From assembly GCA_963767925.1 (NCBI GenBank), contig CAVYGB010000002.1, positions 1,408,001-1,472,000 of the forward strand: a stretch of 64,000 nucleotides of DNA, given 5' to 3'. Positions 27,203 through 39,600 of this stretch are shown piece by piece. The DNA is from an uncultured delta proteobacterium (GTDB taxonomy: Bacteria; Myxococcota_A; Polyangia; Fen-1088). The notes under the pieces are model-generated. The model was not told the origin of the DNA. It did not search any database and saw only the letters and a list, made by a program, of their open reading frames with translations. A program made the position numbers and the translations under genes. Position 1 is the first letter of the stretch. Each line of letters begins with the position of its first letter.

Positions 27203-28732
27203 TCAGGCACCGGTGCGGGCGCGGTCGCGCGAGGCTTCGATCTCGGCGTCGTTGATCCCGTGCATGCGCAGCTTCTCCCAGAGGCTCTTGCGCGAGATCC
27301 CCAGCATCTCGGCGGCGCGCAGGCGGCGGCCGCCGGCCTGGGCGATGGCCCGCAGCAGGTACTCGCGCTCGAACTCCTTGACCGCCGACTGCAGCGGCCG
27401 GACCTCCCCTTCGCTCGGCGTCGGCTCGCCGCCGCCCAGGCGGGTGCCCGCGGTGATGGTGCTCGGCAGGTGCTCGAGCCGGATCTCGCCGCCCGCCGAC
27501 AGCACCACCGCGTGCTCGACCGCGTGGGAGAACTCGCGCACGTTGCCCGGGAACGCGTGCTGCGACAGCGCGGCCCAGGCCCCCGGCGACACCGTCGGCA
27601 TGGGCTTGCCCGCCGCCACGAAGCTCTGCAGGAAGTGCTGCAGCAGCAGGGGCAGATCGCCCGGCCGATCGCGCAGCGGCGGCATGGGGACCTCGATGAC
27701 GTTGATCCGGTAGTAGAGGTCCTCGCGGAACTGCCCCTCGGCGATGCGCTTCTTCAGGTCGCGGTGGGTCGCCGACAGGATGCGCACGTCCACCTTCACG
27801 GTTGTGTTGGTGCCGAGCGGCTCGAAGGTCCCCTCCTGCAGCACCCGCAGCAGCTTGGCCTGGGCCGACAGGGGCAGCTCGGCCACCTCGTCGAGAAACA
27901 GGGTGCCGCCGTGGGCCGCCTTGAAGCGCCCCTCGCGCCGCTTGACCGCCCCGGTGAAGGCTCCCCGCTCGTGCCCGAACAGCTCCGCCTCGATCAACGT
28001 CTCGGACAGCGCCCCGCAGTTGACCACCATGAAGGGGGCGGCGTTGCGCGCGCTCCGCTCGTGCAACATGCGGGCGACCAGCTCCTTGCCGGTGCCGCTC
28101 TCCCCGGTGACAAGCACGGGGGCGTCGCTCTGGGACACGACCTGGATCAGCCCCACCACCCGGCGCATGGTCGGCGAGCGGCCGATGAGGGTCGTCGAGT
28201 GCCGCCGGTCGGCCAGCTCGGCGCGGGCCCGGTCGAGCTCACGGCGCAGGCTGCGGTGCTGGCCGATGCGCCGGAGCTGCAGCAGCAGCTCGTCGATCTC
28301 GAACGGCTTGGTCAGGTAATCGTAGGCGCCCTCCTTCAGGGCGGCGACCGCGTCAGCCACCTCGGCGTAGGCGGTCATGAGGATGACCTCGCTGGCCGGC
28401 GACTCCTGCCGCACCCGCCGCAGGAGGGTCAGCCCGTCCGCCTTCGGCAGGCGCACGTCGCAGATGATGACGTCGAACACCTTGGAGGTGATCTGCACGA
28501 TCCCCTCGGCGCCGTCGCCTGCCACCGTGACTCGGTGCCCCGCCTCGCGCAGGGCCTCCTCGAGGGCCAGCCGCAGCTCCGGCTCGTCGTCGATGAGCAG
28601 CACGTCGAGCGACTCGTCCGGTCCCGCCTCCTGCGGACGATTCTCCCCCCCGCGCTGCTCTGCGGGATCGGTGACAACCTTCGCAGTTGGGTCCTGCGCA
28701 GCTTCGCTCAGCGGCGTCGACGGTGAAAGCAT
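27203..28732 (-). CDS. Sigma54-dependent response regulator (REC-AAA-HTH)
   Basis: LLIDDE receiver, GESGTGKE, GAFTGA, LFLDEV, FPGNVRE, C-terminal Fis-type HTH. Start may be further downstream. Confidence 0.95.
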   Translation of the reverse strand: MLSPSTPLSEAAQDPTAKVVTDPAEQRGGENRPQEAGPDESLDVLLIDDEPELRLALEEALREAGHRVTVAGDGAEGIVQITSKVFDVIICDVRLPKADGLTLLRRVRQESPASEVILMTAYAEVADAVAALKEGAYDYLTKPFEIDELLLQLRRIGQHRSLRRELDRARAELADRRHSTTLIGRSPTMRRVVGLIQVVSQSDAPVLVTGESGTGKELVARMLHERSARNAAPFMVVNCGALSETLIEAELFGHERGAFTGAVKRREGRFKAAHGGTLFLDEVAELPLSAQAKLLRVLQEGTFEPLGTNTTVKVDVRILSATHRDLKKRIAEGQFREDLYYRINVIEVPMPPLRDRPGDLPLLLQHFLQSFVAAGKPMPTVSPGAWAALSQHAFPGNVREFSHAVEHAVVLSAGGEIRLEHLPSTITAGTRLGGGEPTPSEGEVRPLQSAVKEFEREYLLRAIAQAGGRRLRAAEMLGISRKSLWEKLRMHGINDAEIEASRDRARTGA

Positions 28733-28749
28733 GCGGGCACCCGAGGTCC

Positions 28750-28765
28750 TTCAAGGCACGTGCCA
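28750..28765 (-). promoter_or_regulatory. Putative sigma54 -24/-12 promoter
   Basis: Minus strand TGGCACGTGCCTTGAA (GG-N10-GA variant of TGGCAC-N5-TTGCA) just upstream of the regulator. Confidence 0.6.
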
Positions 28766-28836
28766 CCCCGCAGACCACCCCGCACTCGAGTTGGGGCGCA
28801 ATCTACCGATGGCTCTCTGTCGAGGCGACACGTGCA

Positions 28837-28873
28837 GTTACTGATTGGTGACGAGTTATTACTGGGGAGTAAC
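28837..28873. promoter_or_regulatory. Tandem palindromic enhancer-like sites
   Basis: GTTACTGATTGGTGAC (28837-28852) and ATTACTGGGGAGTAAC (28858-28873), 21 bp apart. Confidence 0.55.
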
Positions 28874-28965
28874 GGCAAGACAGGCACCCCGCTCTTTTGG
28901 CAAAGCCCCCGATGTACGGGCGCTGCCGCGAGTATGCAACCGGCCAGGCGGGGGTGACGGGATCC

Positions 28966-29691
28966 GTGGCAACGACTGCGTTTGACCCCCTGGCATGGCC
29001 CCGCGCCCTGTCCCGACTGCGGGCGCTCTGCGCTGCCGATGAAGTCGCGTCGACCATGCGTCATCAGGCCCTCAACGAGCTGACCGGCCTGGGCGCGCTG
29101 CTCTACCGGGTCCGGTCCCGCCTGGGCAGCGGCCTGGCGCTGGGCGGCCGCACCGTGGCGGGCAGCGAGCTGCAGCCCCTGTTCGAATCGATGGAGGCGC
29201 GCCTGCACGGGGCGCCCGCCCGGCTGGGGTACCGGTTCCTGCCCGCCCCCGTCCAGGGGGTGCGCAGCGAGCTCGGGAGCCAGGCGCGCGTGCTGCTGGA
29301 TGCCCTGGGGGTGGAGGCGGAGATCGCCGGCGCGCCAACCGCCCACGCCGCCATCGCCCCCGACGAGCTGGAGGTCGCCCTCGGCTGCCTGGTCGAGAAC
29401 GCGGTCGAGGCGCTGGCCCAGGCCGGCCGGCAAGGCGCGCTCACCCTGGAGATCACCCGGCTGGGCGGCCGCTGGGGCCTCGAGGTGCGCGACGACGGGG
29501 TGGGGGTGGAGAACACCGCCTTCGATCACCTGTTCGATCCGTTCTTCACCACCCACCCCGGCCGGGCCGGGCTGGGGTTGAAGATCGCCCGCCGGCTCGC
29601 GCACCGCTGGGGCGGCGAGCTGCTCATCGCCGCCCGCACGCCCCGGGGGCTCTCGGCCACCCTGGCGTTGCCCGCCGCGGAAGCGATGTGA
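28966..29691 (+). CDS. Minimal histidine kinase (no evident sensor domain)
   Basis: RHQALNEL putative H-box, LVENAVEA N-box, DDGVG, FDPFFTT, GLGL. Start uncertain. Confidence 0.8.
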   Translation: MATTAFDPLAWPRALSRLRALCAADEVASTMRHQALNELTGLGALLYRVRSRLGSGLALGGRTVAGSELQPLFESMEARLHGAPARLGYRFLPAPVQGVRSELGSQARVLLDALGVEAEIAGAPTAHAAIAPDELEVALGCLVENAVEALAQAGRQGALTLEITRLGGRWGLEVRDDGVGVENTAFDHLFDPFFTTHPGRAGLGLKIARRLAHRWGGELLIAARTPRGLSATLALPAAEAM

Positions 29692-29753
29692 GGGCGGCCG
29701 ACCTCGCGTCCGCCGCAGCTCCCCCTCCCCCCGCCGCGATCACCTTTTTCGGG

Positions 29754-31055
29754 TTAGCGGCGGGCGCCGTCGCGGTGGAGCAGATCGAGCGGGGGCGCCT
29801 CGTGCTCGACCAGGTAGGCGAACTGCTGCCGGAACTCGTCGGGCGTCAGGTGGGCCACGTCGGCGAACTTCTTGACCGTGGCGGCGTCCTCGAAGTCGTC
29901 GCGCCGCAGGCGGATCATGTAGCGGCGGGCGATGGCGTAGCGGGTGGAGTGGATGTCGACCATGCGCACGCGGGTGCGCCCGGTCTGCGGGATCGAGCAT
30001 CTGGGCGAAGGGGATGGGCACGAAGTTCCCGCCCTGCAGCGACACCATGGCGGCGTTGCCGCCCGAGAACAGGTACTTGGCGGCGCAGTAGCCCAGGTCG
30101 CGCGTGTACTCCATGTCGAAGGGGACCGGGTCGGCGCAGCGCAGCTCGTAGCCGATGTTCTTCGAGACGATGGTGGTCTTGATCTGCAGCTCCTTGAGCC
30201 GCTTGACGGTGGCGCTGCTTGATGCCGTCGCCGATGTCGATCTCGGCGATGCGCATGTGCCCGTGGTCGTCGTATTCGAGGTCGCCGAACTTCTTCAGGT
30301 CCTCCTCGGGCAGGCTCTCGACCAGGCCCTCGGCCAGCACCGCGACGCCGTCGTGGTGGCCCTCGGCGCGGCGCTTGATGATGGCGCCGGCCAGGGTGTC
30401 GGCCAGGGTCTGCAAGGTGGTCTTGAACTTGGGGAACTCCTCGGGGATGAGGGTCAAGGTGGCGCCGGCCGCCTTGCCGATGCCGAGCGCCAGGTGCCCG
30501 GCCTTGCGGCCCATGGCGATGACGAAGTACCAGCGCGAGGTGGTCTTGGCGTCGACCATCAGGTTCTTGACGATCTCGACGCCGACGTGGCGGGCGGTCT
30601 GGTAGCCGAAGGTGTCGACGTTGGGGTCGAGGTCGAGATCGTTGTCGATCGTCTTGGGCACGTGGGCCACGCGCACGCGGCCGGCGGCCCGCTCGGCCAC
30701 CTTGAGGGCGGAGAAGGCGGTGTCGTCGCCGCCGATGGTGATGAGCTGGGTGACGCCGAGGCGGAGCGAGCGAATCGATGACCGTGTCGAGGAGCTTGGC
30801 GTCCTTGGTCGGGTTGTCGCGGGCGGTGCCCAGGATCGACCCGCCGCTGAAGTGGATGCGGCTCACGTCCTCGAGGCGCAGCGGCCGGACGGCGTCGAGC
30901 TCGATGCGGCCGCGCATGATGTTGCTGAAGCCGTCACGGATGCCGAGCACCTCGACCCCCTGCAAGAGGGCGCGGATGGTCGCAGCGCTGATCACGCTGT
31001 TGATGCCGGGGGCAGGGCCGCCGCCGACGAGGATTGCGAGCTTCTCCTTTGACAC
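29754..31055 (-). CDS. 6-phosphofructokinase, probably PPi-dependent (frameshifted in this sequence)
   Basis: GGGPAPGINSVI, GGSILGTAR, TIGGDDT, VPKTIDND, MGRKAG, IGYELRC across frames; indels near 30775, 30215 and 29990. GGDD plus PKTIDND is the PPi-type signature. Confidence 0.9.
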   Translation of the reverse strand: MSKEKLAILVGGGPAPGINSVISAATIRALLQGVEVLGIRDGFSNIMRGRIELDAVRPLRLEDVSRIHFSGGSILGTARDNPTKDAKLLDTVIDSLAPPRRHPAHHHRRRRHRLLRPQGGRAGRRPRARGPRAQDDRQRSRPRPQRRHLRLPDRPPRRRRDRQEPDGRRQDHLALVLRHRHGPQGRAPGARHRQGGRRHLDPHPRGVPQVQDHLADPGRHPGRRHHQAPRRGPPRRRRGAGRGPGREPARGGPEEVRRPRIRRPRAHAHRRDRHRRRHQAAPPSSGSRSCRSRPPSSRRTSATSCAAPTRSPSTWSTRATWATAPPSTCSRAATPPWCRCRAGTSCPSPSPRCSIPQTGRTRVRMVDIHSTRYAIARRYMIRLRRDDFEDAATVKKFADVAHLTPDEFRQQFAYLVEHEAPPLDLLHRDGARR

Positions 31056-31158
31056 GAGCGCACCCTAACATGGCGCCCACGAGCGTCCCGATGACGTTTT
31101 CGGGTCGAATACCCGATCTCCTCGCGCGGATCGCCGGTAACGCGCGGTGTTGCGCCCG

Positions 31159-31770
31159 CTATTTCTGCGCAGCCGCCGGCGGGCCGAGCGCCGCTTCGAT
31201 CACCTGGAGCTGGCGGCTGACGTTGCCGCGCACGCGCGCGTCCTTCTCGGCGGGCAGGCGGGCGCGCAGCAGATCGGCGGCGCTCGAAAGCCGGGTCAGG
31301 CCCAGAGCGAGGGCGGCGTCGATGCGCACCTCGGGATCGCCATGTGCGAGCAGCTCCGCCAGCAGGGGCGGCACCGAGGGGCCGCCCTGCCAGCCGAGCG
31401 CGACGGCGGCGCGCCGGATCAGCAACAGATCGCCGGCGTCCTTGGCGCTGGCCACGCTGGCCACGAGCTGATCGAGGTACCGGCGCGAGGCGAGGCTGGG
31501 CGCGAAGGCCAGGGCGCTGACCGCCCGGGCGCGCAGGCGGGGCTCGAGCTTGGCGTCGCGGGCGAGGGCGATGAGGGCGGCGTCGACCTCGCTGCCCTGG
31601 GCCCGCAGCTCCTGCTCGGTGGGCGGCCGCTCCGAGGTGCGCAGCAGCCGGAGCACGCCCTCCCGGCTGGCCCGGAGACGTTCGGCGGCGCTGGCGAGCG
31701 GGGCGGGCGCCACCGCGGAGAGCGAGAGCGAGAGGATGAGGACCAGCAGCCCGGCAGCGCCACGAAACAT
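31159..31770 (-). CDS. Exported HEAT-repeat protein
   Basis: Signal peptide; LRARAVSAL, DPEVRIDAALALG, EKDARVR. Confidence 0.75.
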   Translation of the reverse strand: MFRGAAGLLVLILSLSLSAVAPAPLASAAERLRASREGVLRLLRTSERPPTEQELRAQGSEVDAALIALARDAKLEPRLRARAVSALAFAPSLASRRYLDQLVASVASAKDAGDLLLIRRAAVALGWQGGPSVPPLLAELLAHGDPEVRIDAALALGLTRLSSAADLLRARLPAEKDARVRGNVSRQLQVIEAALGPPAAAQK

Positions 31771-31840
31771 GGACCGCCAGGATACCTCGAAGCGGCCGTC
31801 CGGGCGGGGCCGCCCGCGGGCGGTCGGCTATACTGCACGG

Positions 31841-32398
31841 GTGCAGCGGCGCGCGGGCAAGGGGGCGGCAGCGGGGCAGCAGCCCGCGCTCGGCACCGAG
31901 ACCTTTCGCCTGGTGCCCGCGCGGGCGGAGGACGCCGAGGAGATCGCCGAGCTCCGCAACGCCGTCGCCCGCGACCTGACCCAGGCCCACGGCCGCGGCC
32001 ACTGGTCGGGCCTGGTGACCGCCCGGGCGGTGTTGCTGCGCATGCGCAGCGCCATCGTGTTCGGCTACCACCTGGGCCCGCGCATCGTCGCCACCTTGAG
32101 CCTCGGCATCGGCAAGCCGTGGGCGATCGACGTCGCCCGCTTCACCCTGGTCCGCTCGGCGCTGTATCTCACCGACATGGCGGTGGCCCCCGATCTCCAG
32201 CGCCGGGGCGTGGGCCGGGGCTGCCTGCTCGACGTGCGCCGGCTCGCCCGCGCCTGGCCGGCGGAGGCCGTCCGCCTCGACGCCTACGACGCCGAGGCGG
32301 GGGCGGGACCCTTTTACGCCAAGTGCGGCTACCGCGAGGTGGGGCGCGTCGTCTACCGCAAGGTGCCGCTCATCTACTACGAGTCGCTCATCGGGTGA
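31841..32398 (+). CDS. GNAT N-acetyltransferase
   Basis: MAVAPDLQRRGVGR, VRLDAY, FYAKCGY. Start approximate. Confidence 0.85.
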   Translation: MQRRAGKGAAAGQQPALGTETFRLVPARAEDAEEIAELRNAVARDLTQAHGRGHWSGLVTARAVLLRMRSAIVFGYHLGPRIVATLSLGIGKPWAIDVARFTLVRSALYLTDMAVAPDLQRRGVGRGCLLDVRRLARAWPAEAVRLDAYDAEAGAGPFYAKCGYREVGRVVYRKVPLIYYESLIG

Positions 32399-32484
32399 CG
32401 ACCGGTTGGCGCCGCGCTCCGCGCGCGCCGGCGGGCGGGCGTTTCCCCTCTCACGCAAAATTCGCCGCAAGTATAGTGCCGCGC

Positions 32485-33300
32485 ATGGCGCAGCTCGCGA
32501 CCCGGAACAGACGTCTCTCGGTTGCTTTCGCCCTCGCGGTGGCCCTGCCGGCGGTGGCCCTGCCGGCCCGGGGGCAGAGCGACCCGGCCCCCACCGCCAG
32601 CCGCGCGGCGCAGGAGCCCCCGGCCGCCGAGGCGGCCCGCTACGGCATCGGCATCCGCATGCCCCGCTGGGTGACCGTGCCCGACTGGTTCCTCGGGGCC
32701 TTCTTCGCCGAGAGCGTGCCGCTGTCGACCTTCGGATCGTTCGGGTTCGAGCTGATCCGCCGCAAGGCCAACTTCGACATCGTGCTCGGCCTGTCGTACC
32801 AGAACATGTCCCCCGGCGACGGCAACTGGCTGGGGCGAGGCAAAGACGCCGGCATCGACACCGACTACGTGCAGTTCCGGGGGCTGAGCCTGCTGGGGGT
32901 CGACGCCTCCTTCGTCGGTCGCCGCCGCTTCGGCCAGTACCTCGGCCTGCGCTACGGCGCCGGGGTGGGCCTGGCGGTGGTGCGGGGCAAGATGCTGCGC
33001 ACCTCGAGCGCGATGTGCACGCCCGGCAACGTCGGCGACCCGCGCGCCTGCCGCCCGCGCGTGTGCGCCGCCGCGGTCTGCAGCGAGGCGGAGCTGGCCG
33101 CCAGCGAGGGGAACGTCGACGGCGGCCCCGGTTACCCCAGCCGCTATCCCGAGCCCAGCGTCCCGGGGGCGGTGCCCATCCTCAACCTGTCGCTGGGCCT
33201 CGACTTTCGCCTCCCCGAGCTGCCCGGCCTCGAGGCCCGCCTCGAAGGCGGCTTTTACAACGCCCTCTTCCTCGGCCTGGCCTTCAACTACATCTTCTGA
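32485..33300 (+). CDS. Hypothetical exported, probably outer-membrane beta-barrel protein
   Basis: Signal peptide, alternating beta strands, Cys-containing loop, C-terminal NYIF. Confidence 0.7.
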   Translation: MAQLATRNRRLSVAFALAVALPAVALPARGQSDPAPTASRAAQEPPAAEAARYGIGIRMPRWVTVPDWFLGAFFAESVPLSTFGSFGFELIRRKANFDIVLGLSYQNMSPGDGNWLGRGKDAGIDTDYVQFRGLSLLGVDASFVGRRRFGQYLGLRYGAGVGLAVVRGKMLRTSSAMCTPGNVGDPRACRPRVCAAAVCSEAELAASEGNVDGGPGYPSRYPEPSVPGAVPILNLSLGLDFRLPELPGLEARLEGGFYNALFLGLAFNYIF

Positions 33301-33332
33301 GTAACCGCTTCGCCACCGGGCGACGCGGGCGG

Positions 33333-33635
33333 TCAGGGGCGCTGGGGGCGGCGGCGGCCCGGGGTGGGCTCGTCGGCGGGGGCGGGGTGGGCGGCGGCCT
33401 GGGCGTCCACCTCCTCGGCCAGCTCGTGGGCCAGGCGGTCGAGCACGGCGCGGGCGGCGGTGAGCTGGTCGGCCGGGACGAAGATGCGCCAGGGCTCGGC
33501 CAGCACCTGCGGGCGGAATGGGTGGTCGGGCCGGGCGCGCTCGACCTCGACCGGGATGCCAGCCTCGGTCAGGGCGCCGCGGATCATCTCGCCGGCGCCC
33601 TCGTCGGGAACGGTCAGCAACTCGGCGCGGGGCAT
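33333..33635 (-). CDS. Small DUF2007-like protein
   Basis: EMIRGALTEAGIPV ... RIFVPADQLTAARAVL. Confidence 0.65.
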   Translation of the reverse strand: MPRAELLTVPDEGAGEMIRGALTEAGIPVEVERARPDHPFRPQVLAEPWRIFVPADQLTAARAVLDRLAHELAEEVDAQAAAHPAPADEPTPGRRRPQRP

Positions 33636-33768
33636 ACCCGAGGCTAACACGCGCCACCGCCATGCGCGAAGGTGGGTGCGCGTCGTTGTTGACTCGGGCG
33701 CGCCGGTGGATCGAACGTTGCTTCACGTTCATGCAGGCGACCCGTCGGCCGAGGGAGGTGCGAGCGCG

Positions 33769-34275
33769 ATGACTGGCAGCGAGATCCTGGATCCCGGCGG
33801 GGGGGAGACCACGTTGTGGACGGGGCGGCCCTCGCAGTGGCTCAACTTCAAGTTCTTCTTCCCCGGGTTTCTGCTGCTGGCGGGTGGGGCCGTCACCACG
33901 GTGGTCCGGCCCGAGGCGCGCCTGATCGCCTACGGCACCATGGCGGTGGTCGGGCTGCTCCTGCTGTGGAAGTGGCTGGTGGTCCGCTGCACCGAGCTGG
34001 TGCTGACCAACCAGCGGCTCAGCGTGCGGCAGGGCGTGCTGTCGCGCCGCCGCCACGACCTCGAGCTGTACCGGGTCAAGGACACGGCGCTCGAGGAGCC
34101 GCTGCTGCTGCGGCTCGTGTCGCTGGGCAACATCGAGATCCTCTCCTCGGACCGGAGCACGCCGAGCTTCGTGATGCGGGCGGTGCGCGACGCCGAGCCG
34201 CTGCGGCAGCTGCTCCGCTCGACGGTGGAGAAGCTGCGGGCGACGAAAAACGTCCGCGAGCTCGACATGGAGTGA
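33769..34275 (+). CDS. Bacterial PH-domain membrane protein
   Basis: LWTGRPS, two TM helices, LTNQRLSVRQGVLSR..LELYRVKD. Confidence 0.85.
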   Translation: MTGSEILDPGGGETTLWTGRPSQWLNFKFFFPGFLLLAGGAVTTVVRPEARLIAYGTMAVVGLLLLWKWLVVRCTELVLTNQRLSVRQGVLSRRRHDLELYRVKDTALEEPLLLRLVSLGNIEILSSDRSTPSFVMRAVRDAEPLRQLLRSTVEKLRATKNVRELDME

Positions 34276-34302
34276 GGCGCGAACCGGCCCGCGCCGGCGC
34301 GC

Positions 34303-35069
34303 TCAGCGGGCGGGGCGGAGCTGGTTGGAGGCGGTCGAGGGGTCGCCGCTCAGCAGGACGGCGGCGGTGACCCCCCCGCCCACCACGACGACGGCCACCC
34401 CCGCCCAGAACCACCAGCGGCCGCTCAGGCGCGACCAGGTGCTGGGCGTCGGATCGGCCGGCGGGCGCGGGCTGGCCGCGCCGGCCCGGCCGAGCACCGG
34501 TGGGGTCAGATCGAGCGCCCGCAGCACCGGGGTCACGGTGCGGGTGACGCCGGCCTGGACGTCGACCGGCTCCGCCGCGCGCGGCACCCCCGTCCGGGTC
34601 CGCAGCGCCAGCAGGCGCTGGCCCGGTCGGGACCAGAGCGGGCCGGGCAAGGGCGTGCGCCCGACCAGGGTCCCGTCGAGCAGCACCTCCAGCCCGAAGG
34701 CCGGGCACTCGACCTGGATCTGACCGAGCTGGTTGCGTAGCTGGGCCGCCGACCGGCGCGCCTCCTCGACGGTGGGGCGGGGGGCGTTGCCCGGCTCGGC
34801 CAGGAAGAGATTGAAGGCGGTCAGCGCCTCGACCGGCCGGTCCAGCTCGCGCTGGGCCTGGCCGATGTTGAAGTGCAGCTTGGGGCTCGGATAAAGGACG
34901 TAGGCGGCGGTGAAGCGCGCGAGGGCCCGGTCGTACTGGCCCAGCCGGTAGAGGCGCGCGCCCTCTCGCAGGAGCTGCAGCGCCTTCGCCTTGGCCGGCG
35001 ACACGTCCGCGGCGGAAGCGGGCGGTTGCGCGCACAGGAGGAGGGCTGCCAGCAACGCCGCGGGGCCGG

Positions 35070-35073
<4 letters not shown>
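34303..35073 (-). CDS. TPR/PEGA-domain exported protein
   Basis: Signal peptide, TPR (LHFNIGQAQREL), PEGA-like VLLDGTLVGRTPL, C-terminal RWWFWAGV TM. Confidence 0.8.
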
Positions 35074-36443
<1,370 letters not shown>

Positions 36444-36636
36444 GGCGCGCCTGGCAATACGGCCCCTCGCGGACAGATCTCCGCGATCACCACGGTCATG
36501 TGCCGGGCCGTCACGTCTCACACATCGGCCGAAACCCCGTGTCGCTTTCGCCCCCATCGCGCGGGCGGGCGCCGGGCCCCGGGTGGGCAGTTGTGGTCGG
36601 TCCAGCCACCCCCACGCGGCATGTCCCCGGCGGCGG

Positions 36637-39600
36637 TCAACGACGCGGCAACTTGCCCAGCATGCGCTCGGCTTCGGGGCGGGCCGGCGCCTCGGCCGGG
36701 GCCACCTCGAGGTAACGCCGCAGGGCGGTCGCGGCAGCCGGCTTCGAGCCGCCGTTCAGCTCGGCCAGGGCGAGCTGGAAGTAGAGGTCCGCCTCCCAGG
36801 TCGCGGCGCTGGGACGGCGGTTGGCCGCCTGGCGCAGCGGCTCGAGGGCGGCGCCGGGGCGGCCCTTGTCCATCTCGTAGCGTCCCAGGCGGTAATAGGC
36901 CTCGGCCAGGTCGGGCGCGACCTTGATGGCGGTGCGCCAGGCGGCGGCCGCGTCGTCCGCGCGCCCCAGCAGGTCCAGGCACAGGCCGTGGACGAAGCGG
37001 GCCTGGCCGTTGCCCGGCTCGAGGCGGGCCGCGGCCTCGGCGTCGATCAGCGCCTCGTCGGTCCGCCCGCGCCGCAGGCGGATGCGGGCCCGCTCGAGGC
37101 GGGCGGCGGCCAGGTCGCCCGCCGAGCCGAGGTGGGCCAGGGCGTCGTCCTCCTTGCCGAGCGCGGCCAGGGTGCGGCCGAGGGCGAGGTGGAGCTGGGG
37201 GAAGCTCTCGTAGAGCAAGGCGGCCCGGTACTCCTTGAGGGCCCGGTGCAGATCGCCCCCCGCCTCGCGCACCCGCCCGAGAGTGAAGTAGGCCTCCGGC
37301 GTGCCGGGGCTCTCGTTCGTCACCAGCTCCAGCTCGTGGGCTGCCCGATCGATCTTGCCCATGTCGAGGGCCAGCTTGGCCAGGCGCACGCGCATCGTCG
37401 GGTCGGTGTTGCCCGAGGCCAGCTCGATCTCGAAGGCCGACAGGGCGGCCTGCTTCTTGCCCCGCTTGAGCAGCAGGTCGGCCAGCCGATCGCGCAGGCC
37501 GGGCATCTTGAGGGCGTTGGCCGCCTTCTCGAGCTCCGCCTCCGCCTCGTCGAGCTTGCCGCCCTCCTCGAGGGCGGAGGCCAGGCCGATGCGGGCGGCG
37601 GGCAGCTTGGGGGCGCGGGACACCGCCTTGCGGAACACCGCCTCGGCCTCCTGCGGGTTCCTGGCCGCGATGAGCGCCTGGCCCCAGGCCAGCTCGAGCG
37701 CCTCGGGCGCCACCCCCGCCTTCTCGGCGTCGCGGATGAGGGCCAGCGCCTTGTCCGCCTTGCCCTGCTTCTGCAGCAGCGCCGCCAGCCGCAGCGAGGC
37801 CGGAAGGTAGCGCGGGTCGAGGTCGACGGCGGTGCGGTAGCGGCGGGCGGCCGCCTCGATGTCGGGCGGCTTGCTGCTCTCGGAGGCCACCCCGAGCCAG
37901 TAGGGGACGCGCGGGTTGTCGCTGGCGGCGGGGCCCAGCGCCTCGATCTGGGAGGTCCCCTCGGCGATCTGGCCGTTGGCGATCAGCGCGGCGGCCATGG
38001 CGATGCGGGCCGGGTAGGTGGTGAGGACGCCGTTCTCGGCTGCCCGCAGCCGGGTCAGGGCGTCGGCGGGGCGGCCGTCGGCGATCAGCGCCTCGGCCAG
38101 GAAGGCCTGCCCGGAGGCGTTGCCCGGGCTGGCGGCGACGGCCCGGCTCAGCACCTCGACGGCCTCGGCGGCGCGACCGAGGGCCAGCGTCGTCTCGCCC
38201 TGCAGGGTCTGCACCTCGGCCAGCTCGCCCGGGGAGGCCTTGTCGTTGATCCGCCTGGCCAGCTCCTCGGCCGCCGCCCGGCGCTCCTGGGGGGGGCCCT
38301 GCTGCAGGCGAGCCTTGCCCACCTGAGCTCCGGAGTGCTCGCGGTTGCCGGCCAGCACCCGTTCGTAGGCCTTCAGGGCGGCGGCGGTCTGGCGGCTCTC
38401 CTCGAGGGCCAGCCCCAGCAGGTAACGGGGCAGCAGGCGGGTGGCGGCCGAGTCGGCCAGGCCGCGCAGGGGGGCCACCGCCAGCTCCGGCTTGCGCTCG
38501 CGCAGGCGGCGCAGGCCCGCGATGAGCTGGGCCTCGGGCGAGCCGGCGGCGGCGGCCACCAGCTGCTCGGCGTCGCGCCCCTTGCCCTTGAAGATGGCGA
38601 GCAGCGCGTGGGCCCGGCGGGCCTCCGGCGAGACCTCCCCGGCGTTCGGCACGTTGGCCAGGAGCTGCTCGGCGCGGGTGACCTTGCCCCGTTCGCCGCC
38701 CCGGCCCAGGGCGGCCAGCAGCAGCAGCTCGGCGGCGGCCGCCCGCACGGCGGGGTCGGGCGTGTCGCCCGCGTCGGCCAGGATCGCCTCGGCGGCCTTC
38801 TGGTAGGTGGGGTAGTGGTCGCGGGCCAGGTCGCCCTCGAAGGGGGCCAGCGCCTCGGCGTAAGAGGGCCCGTTTCGCAGGCGGGGCAACACCAGCAGGA
38901 CCGCGGTCGCCAGCACCACCGCGGCGACCGCGCCGACGGCGATGTACAGGATCCGTCGCGACCTGGGCCGGGGGGAGTCCTCGACGAAGGCGGTGTTCTT
39001 GCGGCGGGGGGGCGCCAGCGCCGCCACCCCCTCGGGCAGGTCGTCCCGGCTGGTTGTCGCAGCGGGCGCGGCCTTCGGCAGGGGCGCCCGCGGGCGGGTC
39101 TCCTCCACCGGCTCCTCGACAGCCGAGGCGCTGCCGTCGTCGAGCTTGAGGCTGAACATGGCGTCGCCCGCGCCGGTCTTCGTGTCGGTCGGGATGGAAA
39201 ACGAGCCGGTGCCGGGCGAGGGCGCCATGGCGGGCTTGCGCCGGGGCGCCTCGGGGGCCGGCGCGGCCGACGACTTCAAGGAGGCCAGCGGCGGGTGGGC
39301 CGCCGGAGGGGCGAGCGAGGGCAGGGACGGGTGGCCCGCGGACGGAGGCGCCGCTCCCGGCGGCGGGGGCGCGTCGCCGATCAGGCTGCTCAGCATGGCG
39401 GCCATGTCGAGCGGGCCGCCGCTATCCGGGGCGCCGGCGCCCGACGGCGGGGGCGCCGATCCGATCGGCATTCCGCCCCCCAGGCGCAGCTTCAAGGGCC
39501 CCAGGCCCGGGGCTGGCGGGGTGGGATTGGCGGTGGCCTGGCCGGTGGGCGACAGCAGCCCCGGGTGGGGCCCGGCGGCCGAGGGGGCCTGCGGGAAGGG

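Noticed and set aside
29754..31055. pfk as a pseudogene
   Set aside because: Three small indels but no nonsense codons or motif decay; treated as probable sequencing error.
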